From assembly GCA_963748405.1 (NCBI GenBank), contig CAVVIT010000004.1, positions 84,171 to 148,170 on the forward strand: a stretch of 64,000 nucleotides of DNA. The letters run 5' to 3'. Source of the DNA: Ignavibacteriota bacterium (GTDB lineage Bacteria > Bacteroidota > Ignavibacteria > UBA10030 > UBA6906). Of this stretch, positions 28,063-37,445 are shown in pieces. A model generated the notes under the pieces. The model was not told the origin of the DNA, did no database searches, and worked only from the letters and a program-made list of their open reading frames with translations. Made by a program: the position numbers and the translations under genes. Each line of letters opens with the position of its first letter. Positions within the stretch are counted from its first letter, which is position 1.

Positions 28063-30624
28063 ATGAACACATTGTCTCGATATACGTTACTGTTGGGTCT
28101 GCTCCTTGTCCTGGGAGTGTCGCTTTCCCTGGCACAGCCTACGATTTCGGGTCTCAGTGCACAGAGCGGAAAGGCGGGCACATCGTTCACGATCACGGGT
28201 ACAAACTTTGACGGCTCCGCGTCGAACGATGTGGTGCGGATCGGCGGGGTGAAAGCAGCTGTGACCGGTGCGACCGCGACGTCGCTGACGGTCACCGTAC
28301 CGACGAATGCAGTTTCGGGAATTGTCACTGTCACCGTCACGCCTCTTCACCTGACGGCATACTGGTCGCTTCCCTTCAGCGTGACGTATGTGTTCCCCGG
28401 CCCGATTGACACGGCTTCGTTTGCACCCTCCGTTGGATTTGCGGCGGGGACAGCGGCGAGCATCGCGTTCGCCGGCGATTTCGACGGTGACGGCAAAACC
28501 GATATCGGGGTCGTCAACAACGGTGACAACACGATCTCCTTGTATCTGAACACGAGTTCGGTGGGATCGATAACCTCGGCTTCGTTCGGTTCACAGTTTG
28601 TGCTGACGACGGGGCAGCATCCCTGGGGTGTTGCCGTCGCGGATATCGACGGCGACGGGAAACTCGATATCGTCGTCTGCAACGGCTTGGACAGCACCAT
28701 CTCGGTATTCAGGAACACGAGTTCGCCCGGTTCGTTCAGTTTCGATCCGAAGGTGGATTTCAAGACCGGCTACGGTCCGCACGACATCGTCGTCGCCGAT
28801 TTCAATCTCGACGGCCGGCCGGACGTCGTCGTCTCCGACTACGCAGGCGGGACCTCCGGCCTGGGGACGATCTCGGTCCTCCGCAACGTTTCCACGGGAT
28901 CCACGATCGCCTTCACGAAGCACATCGACATACCGGTTGGTGACGGCCCGAGAGGGATCGCCGCCGCGGACATGGACGGTGACGGTTACCTTGACCTTGC
29001 AGTCGCTAATTTCGACGGCGGCTCGATTTCGCTGTTCCAGAACCAGTCAAAATCCACCCCGGATTCGATCGCGTTTATTATCCAGCACACGGAAAATGGA
29101 TTCCTTTCTCCGGACGCGGTGGCGTTCACCGACGTTGACGGCGACGGCGTTCCGGACGTGATTGCCGGCGGAGCCGGTGACGGACTCTGGCTGTATCGCG
29201 GTGATGCAACCTGGTCGTTCGAAAGCGCCGTGCTCTACCACAAAGGGAGCGGGCAGGGGAACGTGCTGGGTATCGATATGAACGGGGACGGGAAGCCTGA
29301 CGTCGTGACCGGGAACGCGCTGGAATCTCCTGTCCGCGTCGGGACCGTTTCGATCCTCCAGAATGCGACCGTGGGGATCGGAACGTTCTCGTCGGCATCA
29401 CTGCGCGATTCGGTGAATTACCTCGTGCCGAGCCTCAACTACGGCGTCGCCGTGGCGGATGTCGACGGTGACGGACGGCCCGATCTCATCAGTGCCAATT
29501 ACTACACGAAGCAGGTCGGCGTCCTCAGGAGCCGGCTCAGCGACGCGCACACGATCACGCCGACGGTGACCGGGCCGGGCGCGATTTCTCCGCCGGCAAC
29601 GTTCACCATCTACCACGGACATGATACGACGTTCACGATCACCGCAAACGGCGGATCGCACGTCGACAGCGTGGTTGTGGACGGCGTGAACCAGTATGTC
29701 CTCCCGACCTACACGTTCACGAACGTGACGTCGAATCATACGATCAAGGCGTACTTCTCGTCGGGAGCGGTCTTTGCCATCACCTCGAGTGCGGGAGCCA
29801 ACGGCACAATTTCGCCGAATGGCACGGTCAATGTTCCCTCGGGAGGCACGCAGGCGTACACGATCACGCCGAACTCCGGGTACGGCATTGCGACGGTGCT
29901 TGTCGACGGGTCGCCCGTCGCCAATACCGCAAAGTATACATTTACCAACGTGCTGCTGTCGCACACGATCAGCGCGACGTTCTCTGTGGGCGTAAACATC
30001 CCGCTGAAGGTCTTTCTGCAGGGTCCGGCTGCAGCGTCGCCGGACACAATGTTGCCGACGCTCAGGACATCGGGCACTCTTGCTGCTCATTTTACATCGG
30101 TCCCGATTCCCTCGAATGCAATCGACAGCATCAATGTGGAGCTCAGGAACGCCCAGACGACTGCCGGATCGACAACAAGGAAGTTCCAGCCGGCGTGGCT
30201 CCTTTCCAACGGCACGATCACGAGCTTCACCGATACGACAAAGAACTACGTCCGGTTTGACACAAGCGCCGGTTCGTACTATATTGTCGTGCGGCACCGG
30301 AACCACCTTGCGGTCATGAGCGCGGCCGCGATCGCGCTGACGTCGACGGACACCCTCGCCTACGACTTCACGACGGGACAGGCAAAGGCATTCGGGACAA
30401 ACCCGATGGCACAGGTGGGGACGAAGTTTTGCATGATCGCTGGCGACGCGAATGCGGATGGTCAGATTACAACTCTTGATTTTAGTCCTTGGCTGGCAAA
30501 CGCAAAGGCAGCTCTTACCGGTTACTATAGCACCGATATGAATTGCGACGGACAGAATACTACGCTGGATTTCACGCTGTGGCTGGCAAATGCAAAGAGC
30601 GCTCCGACGAGTCAGGTTCCGTGA
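28063..30624 (+). CDS. secreted IPT/TIG + 7x FG-GAP beta-propeller + Ig-like repeat protein with C-terminal dockerin-like domain
   Basis: Signal peptide MNTLSRYTLLLGLLLVLGVSLSLA. IPT-like PTISGLSAQSGKAGTSFTITGTNFDG. Seven D-x-D/N-G-D-G-x-x-D FG-GAP repeats (FDGDGKTDIGVV ... VDGDGRPDLISAN). Two Ig-like repeats ending YTFTNV..HTI.A.F. C-terminal DANADGQITTLDFSPWLANAK / DMNCDGQNTTLDFTLWLANAK are two dockerin type-I Ca-binding segments. GAGGAA RBS. Confidence 0.75.
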   Translation: MNTLSRYTLLLGLLLVLGVSLSLAQPTISGLSAQSGKAGTSFTITGTNFDGSASNDVVRIGGVKAAVTGATATSLTVTVPTNAVSGIVTVTVTPLHLTAYWSLPFSVTYVFPGPIDTASFAPSVGFAAGTAASIAFAGDFDGDGKTDIGVVNNGDNTISLYLNTSSVGSITSASFGSQFVLTTGQHPWGVAVADIDGDGKLDIVVCNGLDSTISVFRNTSSPGSFSFDPKVDFKTGYGPHDIVVADFNLDGRPDVVVSDYAGGTSGLGTISVLRNVSTGSTIAFTKHIDIPVGDGPRGIAAADMDGDGYLDLAVANFDGGSISLFQNQSKSTPDSIAFIIQHTENGFLSPDAVAFTDVDGDGVPDVIAGGAGDGLWLYRGDATWSFESAVLYHKGSGQGNVLGIDMNGDGKPDVVTGNALESPVRVGTVSILQNATVGIGTFSSASLRDSVNYLVPSLNYGVAVADVDGDGRPDLISANYYTKQVGVLRSRLSDAHTITPTVTGPGAISPPATFTIYHGHDTTFTITANGGSHVDSVVVDGVNQYVLPTYTFTNVTSNHTIKAYFSSGAVFAITSSAGANGTISPNGTVNVPSGGTQAYTITPNSGYGIATVLVDGSPVANTAKYTFTNVLLSHTISATFSVGVNIPLKVFLQGPAAASPDTMLPTLRTSGTLAAHFTSVPIPSNAIDSINVELRNAQTTAGSTTRKFQPAWLLSNGTITSFTDTTKNYVRFDTSAGSYYIVVRHRNHLAVMSAAAIALTSTDTLAYDFTTGQAKAFGTNPMAQVGTKFCMIAGDANADGQITTLDFSPWLANAKAALTGYYSTDMNCDGQNTTLDFTLWLANAKSAPTSQVP

Positions 30625-30656
30625 TTGACAAATAACCACAGAGTGAGGAGTATATC

Positions 30657-31826
30657 ATGAAAAACTTTCTATTCACGATAGCAGTTATTGTCCTGAGCAT
30701 CTCGATGGCGACAGCTCAGACCTCTATTCAACAGCAACTCGTGGTATCTCAAAACGGTGCCCAAAATGGTCAACCGTTCAAGGTTGACATTCAGCTCAAG
30801 GGATCAACTCTAACCGGGGCAAACACCATAAACTCACTCACGATCGACGTGAAGTACGAAACTGCCAAACTGAGCTTTCCGACAGTGGCAGGATCGATTA
30901 TCGCGGCGACCGCGTGGAATGCAGGCATCAATGCCCTTGCCTACACCCGGACACCAAGTAACCCCGGCACAGGGTTCGTCCGACTGCTTCTCACAGGAAA
31001 CAACGTCAACGGAAATGCTGATGGTACGCCCGCTGGTTTTGATGTTACGACCTCATATCAGACTATTGCGACGCTGACCTTCACAATTCTTGACCAAACG
31101 CAGTTGGCGACCCTGTCCATTGATGGATCTTCCAATGCGTTTGCTTTTTTCTCGACAGAGAATAACGGCGACAACTCGAACGGATTTGTGAGCATTTCCG
31201 GTGCGAATCTGACTGCGACGGGGATCAATAATCAGCCCCTCCCCATCCAGCTCGCAACATTCCAGCCGACGTCCGTGTCGTCGAAGTCGGTGACGCTCTC
31301 CTGGGCGACGCTGAGCGAAACGAACAACTACGGATTCGAAGTGCAGCGCTCTGCCGCGAAGACGACAGGGTTCGCGACGATCCCCGGGAGCTTCACGAAG
31401 GGGAACGGGACGACGACCGCACGCCACACGTATTCGTACACGGATGCGGCACCGACGACATCCCAGCCGTACTACCGGCTCCGCCAGATCGACCTGAACA
31501 ACGCGGACCATTACAGTGACGTGCTTGACGTCACGGGCGTTGCGATTGCGCCTGTGATCCCGACGGAGTTTGCGATGCGTCAGAACTATCCGAACCCGTT
31601 CAACCCGACGACGATCGTGGAGTTCGACCTTCCGAAAGATTCTCACGTGACGCTCGAGCTCTACAACATACTCGGACAGAGAGTCATGGAGATACTCAAC
31701 GAGGTCCGTCTCGCGGGAACACAGCGGGTCCAGGTGGATGCCTCACGGCTCGCGAGTGGTGTATATCTCTACAGGCTTGCGGCTGGGGATAAGGTGTTCA
31801 TGAAAAAGATGACACTGATCAAGTAG
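30657..31826 (+). CDS. secreted cohesin-like domain + FN3-like protein with T9SS C-terminal sorting domain
   Basis: Signal peptide MKNFLFTIAVIVLSISMATAQ. FKVDIQLKGSTLTGANTINSLTIDVKYETAKLSFPTVAGSII resembles cohesin beta-sandwich strands. FN3-like SVTLSWATLSETNNYGFEVQR. The C-terminus NYPNPFNPTTIVEFDLPKDSHVTLELYNILGQRV...SGVYLYRL...KKMTLIK is a T9SS (Por) sorting-domain signature. Confidence 0.7.
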   Translation: MKNFLFTIAVIVLSISMATAQTSIQQQLVVSQNGAQNGQPFKVDIQLKGSTLTGANTINSLTIDVKYETAKLSFPTVAGSIIAATAWNAGINALAYTRTPSNPGTGFVRLLLTGNNVNGNADGTPAGFDVTTSYQTIATLTFTILDQTQLATLSIDGSSNAFAFFSTENNGDNSNGFVSISGANLTATGINNQPLPIQLATFQPTSVSSKSVTLSWATLSETNNYGFEVQRSAAKTTGFATIPGSFTKGNGTTTARHTYSYTDAAPTTSQPYYRLRQIDLNNADHYSDVLDVTGVAIAPVIPTEFAMRQNYPNPFNPTTIVEFDLPKDSHVTLELYNILGQRVMEILNEVRLAGTQRVQVDASRLASGVYLYRLAAGDKVFMKKMTLIK

Positions 31827-31853
31827 GGAATCCTCCTGATGCATCTCGCATCA

Positions 31854-31889
31854 CACCCCGGTCCGGATTACGGACCGGGGTGTTTCATT
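31854..31889 (+). terminator. rho-independent terminator (12-bp GC stem CACCCCGGTCCG/CGGACCGGGGTG + TTTCATT)
   Basis: Perfect inverted repeat 28 nt after the stop at 31826, followed by a T-rich tract. It is followed by an AT-rich intergenic region before the next gene. Confidence 0.7.
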
Positions 31890-32256
31890 GATCGGATGTC
31901 CAAACTTTTTGTATGGCAAAAAACTGCGAGCCGTGTGACTCGACTCACCCGCGCGCCGTTTTCAAGGCAATTCGTTCCAAATGTATTGACATTCTCGCTC
32001 TGCACTAGTAAGTTGACTGGCACAATGATGTTCGCTGAGAGAGTTCATCCGGTGCTTTCAAGATCCATCATCCGCAGACACACTTCAGCCGCACAACGAA
32101 CAAACGTCATCTGATCAAGCGTCCGGTATTTTCCCATCGGACGTGTCATCCGCGAATCGTTGAACTTATTCGCGAGTCCGCCGTTGAGGTCCGGGGGGGC
32201 CAAATGAAACTCTGCACTCGTGCTTGGTTTCACGGTCGACAGCAAGGGGAGTTCCA

Positions 32257-34224
32257 ATGATCGAACAACTGGTTGTCGCCTTCGGGGTGGCCGCCGCCGC
32301 CGCCCTACTGTTCACACCGATCGTCATCCGGATCGCACACGTCGTCAACGCGGTCGACCTTCCCGGTGAGAGGAAGATCCACACGCAACCGATACCGCGA
32401 CTCGGAGGTCTTGCCGTCGCAGCATCCTTCGCCGTTACCGCACTCCTGGTGTTCCTCACCCGCTCCGACATCGTGTCCCCTCCCTGGGAGTCGTCCGTGC
32501 AGGGGATAGGTCTGGCGCTGACGGGGATTCTCGTTCTCGGACTCGGGATGTGGGATGACATCCGGCAGCTCGGACCGGGGAAGAAGTTCGTCCTCCAGGT
32601 CGCCATCGCATCGATCGTGTTTCTCGCGGGGATCAGGATCTCCATCGTGTCGCAGCCGCTGGGCGGGGGTTTCTTCGACCTGGGCTGGATCAGCTACCCG
32701 GTGACCGTCCTCTGGATCGTCGGCATCATGAACGCACTGAACCTCATCGACGGTCTGGACGGACTAGCCTCGGGCGTTGCCATGGTCGCCCTGCTGACAA
32801 TCGCGGCCGTCGGGTTCGTGAAGTTCAACGACAGCGGAACCGCGATGCTCGCCGTGATCCTGGCGGGTTCTCTCCTCGGGTTCCTTCGATATAATTTCAA
32901 TCCGGCGAGAATATTCCTCGGAGATTCCGGGAGCCTCTTCATCGGGTTTTCTCTCGCGATCCTTTCGATGCTGAGTTCGACGAAAGGGTCGGCGGCGTTC
33001 GCCGTCCTCATCCCCGCGCTGTCGCTCGGCCTGCCGATACTCGATACTGCGCTGGCAATGCTCCGGCGGCTCCTCAGGCCGTTTATGAAATCGGAAGGGA
33101 ACGGGGAATCGACGCTCCGGCGCCTCCGGTCGATGTTCCTCCCCGACAGGGACCATATCCATCACCGGCTTCTCGCGCTCGGGCTTTCCCAGAAGGAGGC
33201 GGTGATCCTCCTGTATTTCGTCTCGTCCGCGCTCGGCTGCAGCGCATTCGGGCTGACGGTAGCCGACAATGTCAGCGGGGTCATGATTCTCGCCGTGGCC
33301 GGGATCGCGATGTTCGCGGGGATTCACCGTCTGCGCTACCGCGAATTCGCCATATTCCGGAGGGGAGTGCTTCTCCCGCTGTATGATCGCCCGTTCGTCC
33401 ACAACCCCGCGTTCCAGATCGCCATGGATCTCGGGTTCACCAGCGTGGCATTCGTACTTGCCTACGCCCTGTCGCAGGACGGCAGGACAGTGGACTTTTC
33501 GTACGACGCATTCCGCTGGCTTCTCGTGGGTGTGACGGCCGTGCAGATGACCGTCTTCTTCTTCTCCGGGGTGTACAAAGGGATCATGCGCCACGCGGGG
33601 GTCGAGGACGCCGTCCGCATCATGAAGGCGCTCGTGATTTCTTTGGCAATCGGCGTCGGGGCGCACTATGTCGGCGGGTTCGACCTGTCCGGCGCCATGA
33701 CGAAGACGTTCCTTCTCGACTTCTACTTCCTGCTCACGCTTCTCGTGATGTCACGGTTCTCGTTCGCGGTCCTGAACCGCATTGCGCACGAGACGCAGGA
33801 GGGGAAGGATCCCGTCGTGATTTACGGTACAGGCGAGCGCGCGGTCGTTGTGGCCCGGCTTCTCCTGAACTCTCCCGAGCTCAAGATGCGCCCGGTCGGG
33901 TTCATGGACGACGTCCGCTCCATGGAGGGAAAGTCGATACACGGACTGCCCGTCTTCGGCGGCATATGGAAGATCGAGCCCCTGATCAAGACCGCCGGCA
34001 TCAGGGGGGTCATCATTGCAACCGATGACATCAAGCCCGGGGTGCTCTCGAGGCTTCGCAAGCTTTCCCGCGTCCACCGTTTGCCGGTGAAGACATTCAG
34101 CCCGCTATTCCAGGACCTGTCGCCAGAGCCGGAATCCCAGCCGGCGTTTCACCCTGCCTTTGTCAACGAGGCGGGCGAAGTGGTGATTTCCCGCTCCTCC
34201 TACAGGGGCGGAAATCAGGCCTGA
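32257..34224 (+). CDS. polyprenyl-phosphate N-acetylhexosamine-1-phosphate transferase (WecA/MraY-like GT4 PNPT) fused to an extra TM region and a CoA-binding-like C-terminal domain
   Basis: GIMNALNLIDGLDGLASG and RIFLGDSGSLFIGF are MraY/WecA family motifs. The C-terminal ~250 aa (VVIYGTGERAVVVARLL...GIRGVIIATDD) resembles the NAD/CoA-binding linker domain found N-terminal in WbaP/PglF-type proteins. Total 655 aa. Confidence 0.7.
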   Translation: MIEQLVVAFGVAAAAALLFTPIVIRIAHVVNAVDLPGERKIHTQPIPRLGGLAVAASFAVTALLVFLTRSDIVSPPWESSVQGIGLALTGILVLGLGMWDDIRQLGPGKKFVLQVAIASIVFLAGIRISIVSQPLGGGFFDLGWISYPVTVLWIVGIMNALNLIDGLDGLASGVAMVALLTIAAVGFVKFNDSGTAMLAVILAGSLLGFLRYNFNPARIFLGDSGSLFIGFSLAILSMLSSTKGSAAFAVLIPALSLGLPILDTALAMLRRLLRPFMKSEGNGESTLRRLRSMFLPDRDHIHHRLLALGLSQKEAVILLYFVSSALGCSAFGLTVADNVSGVMILAVAGIAMFAGIHRLRYREFAIFRRGVLLPLYDRPFVHNPAFQIAMDLGFTSVAFVLAYALSQDGRTVDFSYDAFRWLLVGVTAVQMTVFFFSGVYKGIMRHAGVEDAVRIMKALVISLAIGVGAHYVGGFDLSGAMTKTFLLDFYFLLTLLVMSRFSFAVLNRIAHETQEGKDPVVIYGTGERAVVVARLLLNSPELKMRPVGFMDDVRSMEGKSIHGLPVFGGIWKIEPLIKTAGIRGVIIATDDIKPGVLSRLRKLSRVHRLPVKTFSPLFQDLSPEPESQPAFHPAFVNEAGEVVISRSSYRGGNQA

Positions 34225-34470
34225 TTCTGCCGTGTCAACGGGGCGCCGTCCGGCGTCCCGTTGACATTTCCGGCCGAAATCCGTAGATTCATTCCGAACT
34301 TGCAGGCAGTGCCTGTCCTGTCCCGAAAGGAATCGATACCCGCCCCGTTGCTACGAAATCTCCCCGCTGCACCTCCCCGGCGCCGGGTTTTGAGGGTGCC
34401 GGTGTCGTCCATTTCACGTCCGCATCCACATGCGGCCGAACACTCGTTATGTCGCATATTGAGGTGACTG

Positions 34471-34944
34471 ATGTTCAAAAACGGAACAATTCAGGGCGTC
34501 GTGGTGCGAAACCTCACGAAATTCATCGATGACAGGGGCTGGCTGAGCGAGCTCTACCGCGGGGACGAACTGGAGAAGGAGTACATGCCCGCGATGGGGT
34601 ACGTTTCCATGACTGCTGCGGGCATTGCCAGGGGGCCCCACGAGCACGTCGACCAGGCGGATTGTTTCGCATTCATCGGCCCGTCGAATTTCAAGGTCTA
34701 TCTCTGGGACAACAGGAAGGGATCCCCCACGTACCAGACAAGGCAGATCCTCTACGCGGGCGAAGACGCTCCGCGTTCGCTGATCATCCCGAAAGGGGTG
34801 GTCCACGCCTACAGGAACATCGGGAGTTCCCAGGGGATGGTCCTGAATTTCCCCAACCGCCTCTACGCGGGATCGGGCAAGAAGAGCCCGGTGGACGAGA
34901 TCCGGCACGAGGGGGTACCCGATTCCCCATTCCGTCTCGATTGA
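34471..34944 (+). CDS. rmlC: dTDP-4-dehydrorhamnose 3,5-epimerase (RmlC) family cupin protein
   Basis: RGPHEH..., KVYLWDNRKGSPTYQTRQILYAGEDAPRSLIIPKGVVHAYRN matches the RmlC core (vDlRkgSpTfGkw...iPpGfaHGf). It is shorter (157 aa) than canonical RmlC. Directly upstream of rmlB. Confidence 0.7.
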   Translation: MFKNGTIQGVVVRNLTKFIDDRGWLSELYRGDELEKEYMPAMGYVSMTAAGIARGPHEHVDQADCFAFIGPSNFKVYLWDNRKGSPTYQTRQILYAGEDAPRSLIIPKGVVHAYRNIGSSQGMVLNFPNRLYAGSGKKSPVDEIRHEGVPDSPFRLD

Positions 34945-34947
34945 CGT

Positions 34948-35961
34948 ATGAAATCCCTCCTTGTCACAGGCGGTGCGGGATTCATCGGAAGCAACTTCAT
35001 CAGGTACTTCCTTGAGTCCCATGCCGACATCCGCGTTGTGAATTACGACAAGCTGACGTACGCAGGCAACCTGGACAATCTCCGGGACATCCAGGACCAC
35101 GGCAGGTACGTATTCGTCCGCGGCGACATCTGCGACAGGGACGAAGTCGCCGGCGTCCTGAAGAAATACGACATCAGCACCGTCGTCCACTTTGCCGCGG
35201 AGTCGCACGTCGACAGGAGCATCGCCGGGGCGTCGGTCTTCGTGACGACGAACGTCCTGGGCACCCAGGTCCTTCTGGATGCGGCACGGGAACGGAAGGT
35301 CGAGCGGTTCCTCCATGTCTCGACGGACGAGGTCTACGGGTCGCTGGGTGCGTCGGGAAAGTTCACCGAGTCGACCACGGTGCACCCGAACAGCCCCTAC
35401 GCCGCGAGCAAGGCCTCGTCCGACCTCCTTGTCCTTGCCGCAGTTCATACGTTCGGCTTTCCCGCGATCGTCACACGGTGCTCGAACAACTACGGGCCCT
35501 ACCAGTTTCCGGAGAAGCTCATCCCGCTGATGATCGCCAACGCGATGGACGATAAGCCGCTCCCCGTGTACGGCGAGGGGGCGAACGTCCGCGACTGGCT
35601 CTTCGTCCGCGATCATTGCACGGCGCTCGATGCCGTGCTCGGCCGGGGCCGGCCGGGGGAGGTGTACAACATCGGCGGGAACAACGAATGGCGGAACATC
35701 GACATCGTGAAGCTCCTGCTCTCGATGGTCGGCAAGCCGGAGAGCCTCATCACGTTCGTGAAGGACCGTCCCGGGCACGACCTGCGCTATGCGATCGACG
35801 CCTCGAAGATCACGAGCGAGCTCGGCTGGGCGCCGTCGGTCACGTTCGAGCAGGGACTCAGGCAGACGGTGGAGTGGTACATCAAACATGAGCCCTGGTG
35901 GCGCGGGATCATCAGCGGGGCATACAAGCAGTACTACAGGGAGATGTATGAAGACCGGTAA
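34948..35961 (+). CDS. rmlB: dTDP-glucose 4,6-dehydratase
   Basis: MKSLLVTGGAGFIGSNFIRYFL, HFAAESHVDRS, PYAASKASSD (Y-x3-K), and NYGPYQFPEKLIPLMI give a full-length match to the RmlB/RfbB family. Confidence 0.9.
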   Translation: MKSLLVTGGAGFIGSNFIRYFLESHADIRVVNYDKLTYAGNLDNLRDIQDHGRYVFVRGDICDRDEVAGVLKKYDISTVVHFAAESHVDRSIAGASVFVTTNVLGTQVLLDAARERKVERFLHVSTDEVYGSLGASGKFTESTTVHPNSPYAASKASSDLLVLAAVHTFGFPAIVTRCSNNYGPYQFPEKLIPLMIANAMDDKPLPVYGEGANVRDWLFVRDHCTALDAVLGRGRPGEVYNIGGNNEWRNIDIVKLLLSMVGKPESLITFVKDRPGHDLRYAIDASKITSELGWAPSVTFEQGLRQTVEWYIKHEPWWRGIISGAYKQYYREMYEDR

Positions 35962-37372
35962 TCACCAGAGCTACTTTCGGCGAAACGTTGTCGCGGCAAA
36001 CCTCCTTGCTCTCCTTGCCTGTCACACGCTGTCGCCCGGCCAACAGGAGTCGCGTCAATCAACGACCGCCCCCGAATTTCCGAAAGCCGCTCCGATCAGC
36101 GTGACGATCGGAGGCGGGTTTCCCGTCAACGGAACGTTCGCGGCATCCCCTTCGGAGCGTGTCGACCAGTTCGTCACCCGGGTCTATACCGGCGCCATGG
36201 ACGCCATGGCGGGAAGGTACGAACGTCTTCCGGCCCCGCAGCCTTGGAGCACGGCAGGGCAGTCGGCCGAGGAGCTGGCTGGATACCCCCTGCGCAATAT
36301 CAGGCTGAAGAGGATTTCGGGAGAGGAGATCGTCATCGACATTCAGAAATTCCGGCTCACGGGGGATTTCAGCGACAACCCGTACCTCAAGAACGACGAT
36401 GTCGTGATTTTTCCTGTTGTCGACAGGGATCATGATTTCGTCTCCATCTCGGGGGGTGTTACCCGCCCGACAAGATTTCAGTTCGTTCCTGGAGACCGGC
36501 TTTCGGTGGCCGTCCTTTTCGGAGGAGGCCTGCTGTCGACGGCCGACAGCGCCGGCAGGGTGACGATCTCCCGTCTCGATCCGACAGGCCAGATCGAGAC
36601 GCGGATCGAGGCAACACTTCATGGAAATCCGACGTTGGTGCAGGGAGACCGCGTCGTTGTCTGGCTCGGCGAAAACGAAAAATTTGACTACCGGGTCAAC
36701 GTTTCGGGCGAGATCCTCAGACCGGGTTTCGTTCCGATCACGAAGAATTCGACGACCCTCCGGGATGTCATCAGCAAGGTGGGCGGGTTCAAGCCCAACG
36801 CCGATCTGGATCGCGCTGAGCTCATCCGCGGGGCGAACGTCTTCCGCTCTCTTTTCTATACTGAAACGTTCGAGGACCTGATGATGACCCGGACCGCGAA
36901 CATCGCTCCGGAAGACTCGCTGGTCCTCTTCATCGACAACAAGCTGAGGTTCCAGAGGGGGAACGGGCTGATTGACTTCACGAAGATCGACTCCACGTCG
37001 GAAGGAGATTTCATCGTCCGGGACGGCGACTTCATCTTTGTGCCGGAACGCCTGAACCTCGTCTATGTGTTCGGTCAGGTCAAGACTCCCGGCTATGTTC
37101 AGTTCGAGCCGGGGAGAGGTTACTCGTTCTACCTCGATAAATCCGGAGGCCCCGCGGAGACGGCCCGGGACGAAGTGTTCCTCATCAAGGGAAAAACGAG
37201 GACCTGGAAGCGGTTGAGCGATCCGGAGGCGGGAGGAATAGAAGCCGGGGACTTCCTCTGGGTGCCCAAGATCATACGCAGGGACTTTGACTACTATTTC
37301 GTCCGGGTGGGTGCCACCGCGCAGATTGTCGGGGCGATCGCAACGCTGATTATTCTCATCAAGCAGTTCTGA
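35948..37372 (+). CDS. polysaccharide export outer-membrane protein (Wza/KpsD-like, SLBB domains), lipoprotein
   Basis: Lipobox signal peptide ...NLLALLACHT. Polysaccharide-export N-domain plus repeated SLBB-type beta-grasp segments (GDRVVVWL, GDFIFVPER, GDFLWVP). Start ATG 35948 overlaps the rmlB end by 14 nt (alternative frame). The upstream part of ORF 35789..37372 is rejected as Arg/Ser-rich. Confidence 0.7.
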   Translation: MKTGNHQSYFRRNVVAANLLALLACHTLSPGQQESRQSTTAPEFPKAAPISVTIGGGFPVNGTFAASPSERVDQFVTRVYTGAMDAMAGRYERLPAPQPWSTAGQSAEELAGYPLRNIRLKRISGEEIVIDIQKFRLTGDFSDNPYLKNDDVVIFPVVDRDHDFVSISGGVTRPTRFQFVPGDRLSVAVLFGGGLLSTADSAGRVTISRLDPTGQIETRIEATLHGNPTLVQGDRVVVWLGENEKFDYRVNVSGEILRPGFVPITKNSTTLRDVISKVGGFKPNADLDRAELIRGANVFRSLFYTETFEDLMMTRTANIAPEDSLVLFIDNKLRFQRGNGLIDFTKIDSTSEGDFIVRDGDFIFVPERLNLVYVFGQVKTPGYVQFEPGRGYSFYLDKSGGPAETARDEVFLIKGKTRTWKRLSDPEAGGIEAGDFLWVPKIIRRDFDYYFVRVGATAQIVGAIATLIILIKQF

Positions 37373-37445
37373 CCCGCCCGAACCCGCCGGGTGGGATCGT
37401 GCGCAAGTTGACTTCACACTTCGTTGCTCACACACATCAAAGCCA

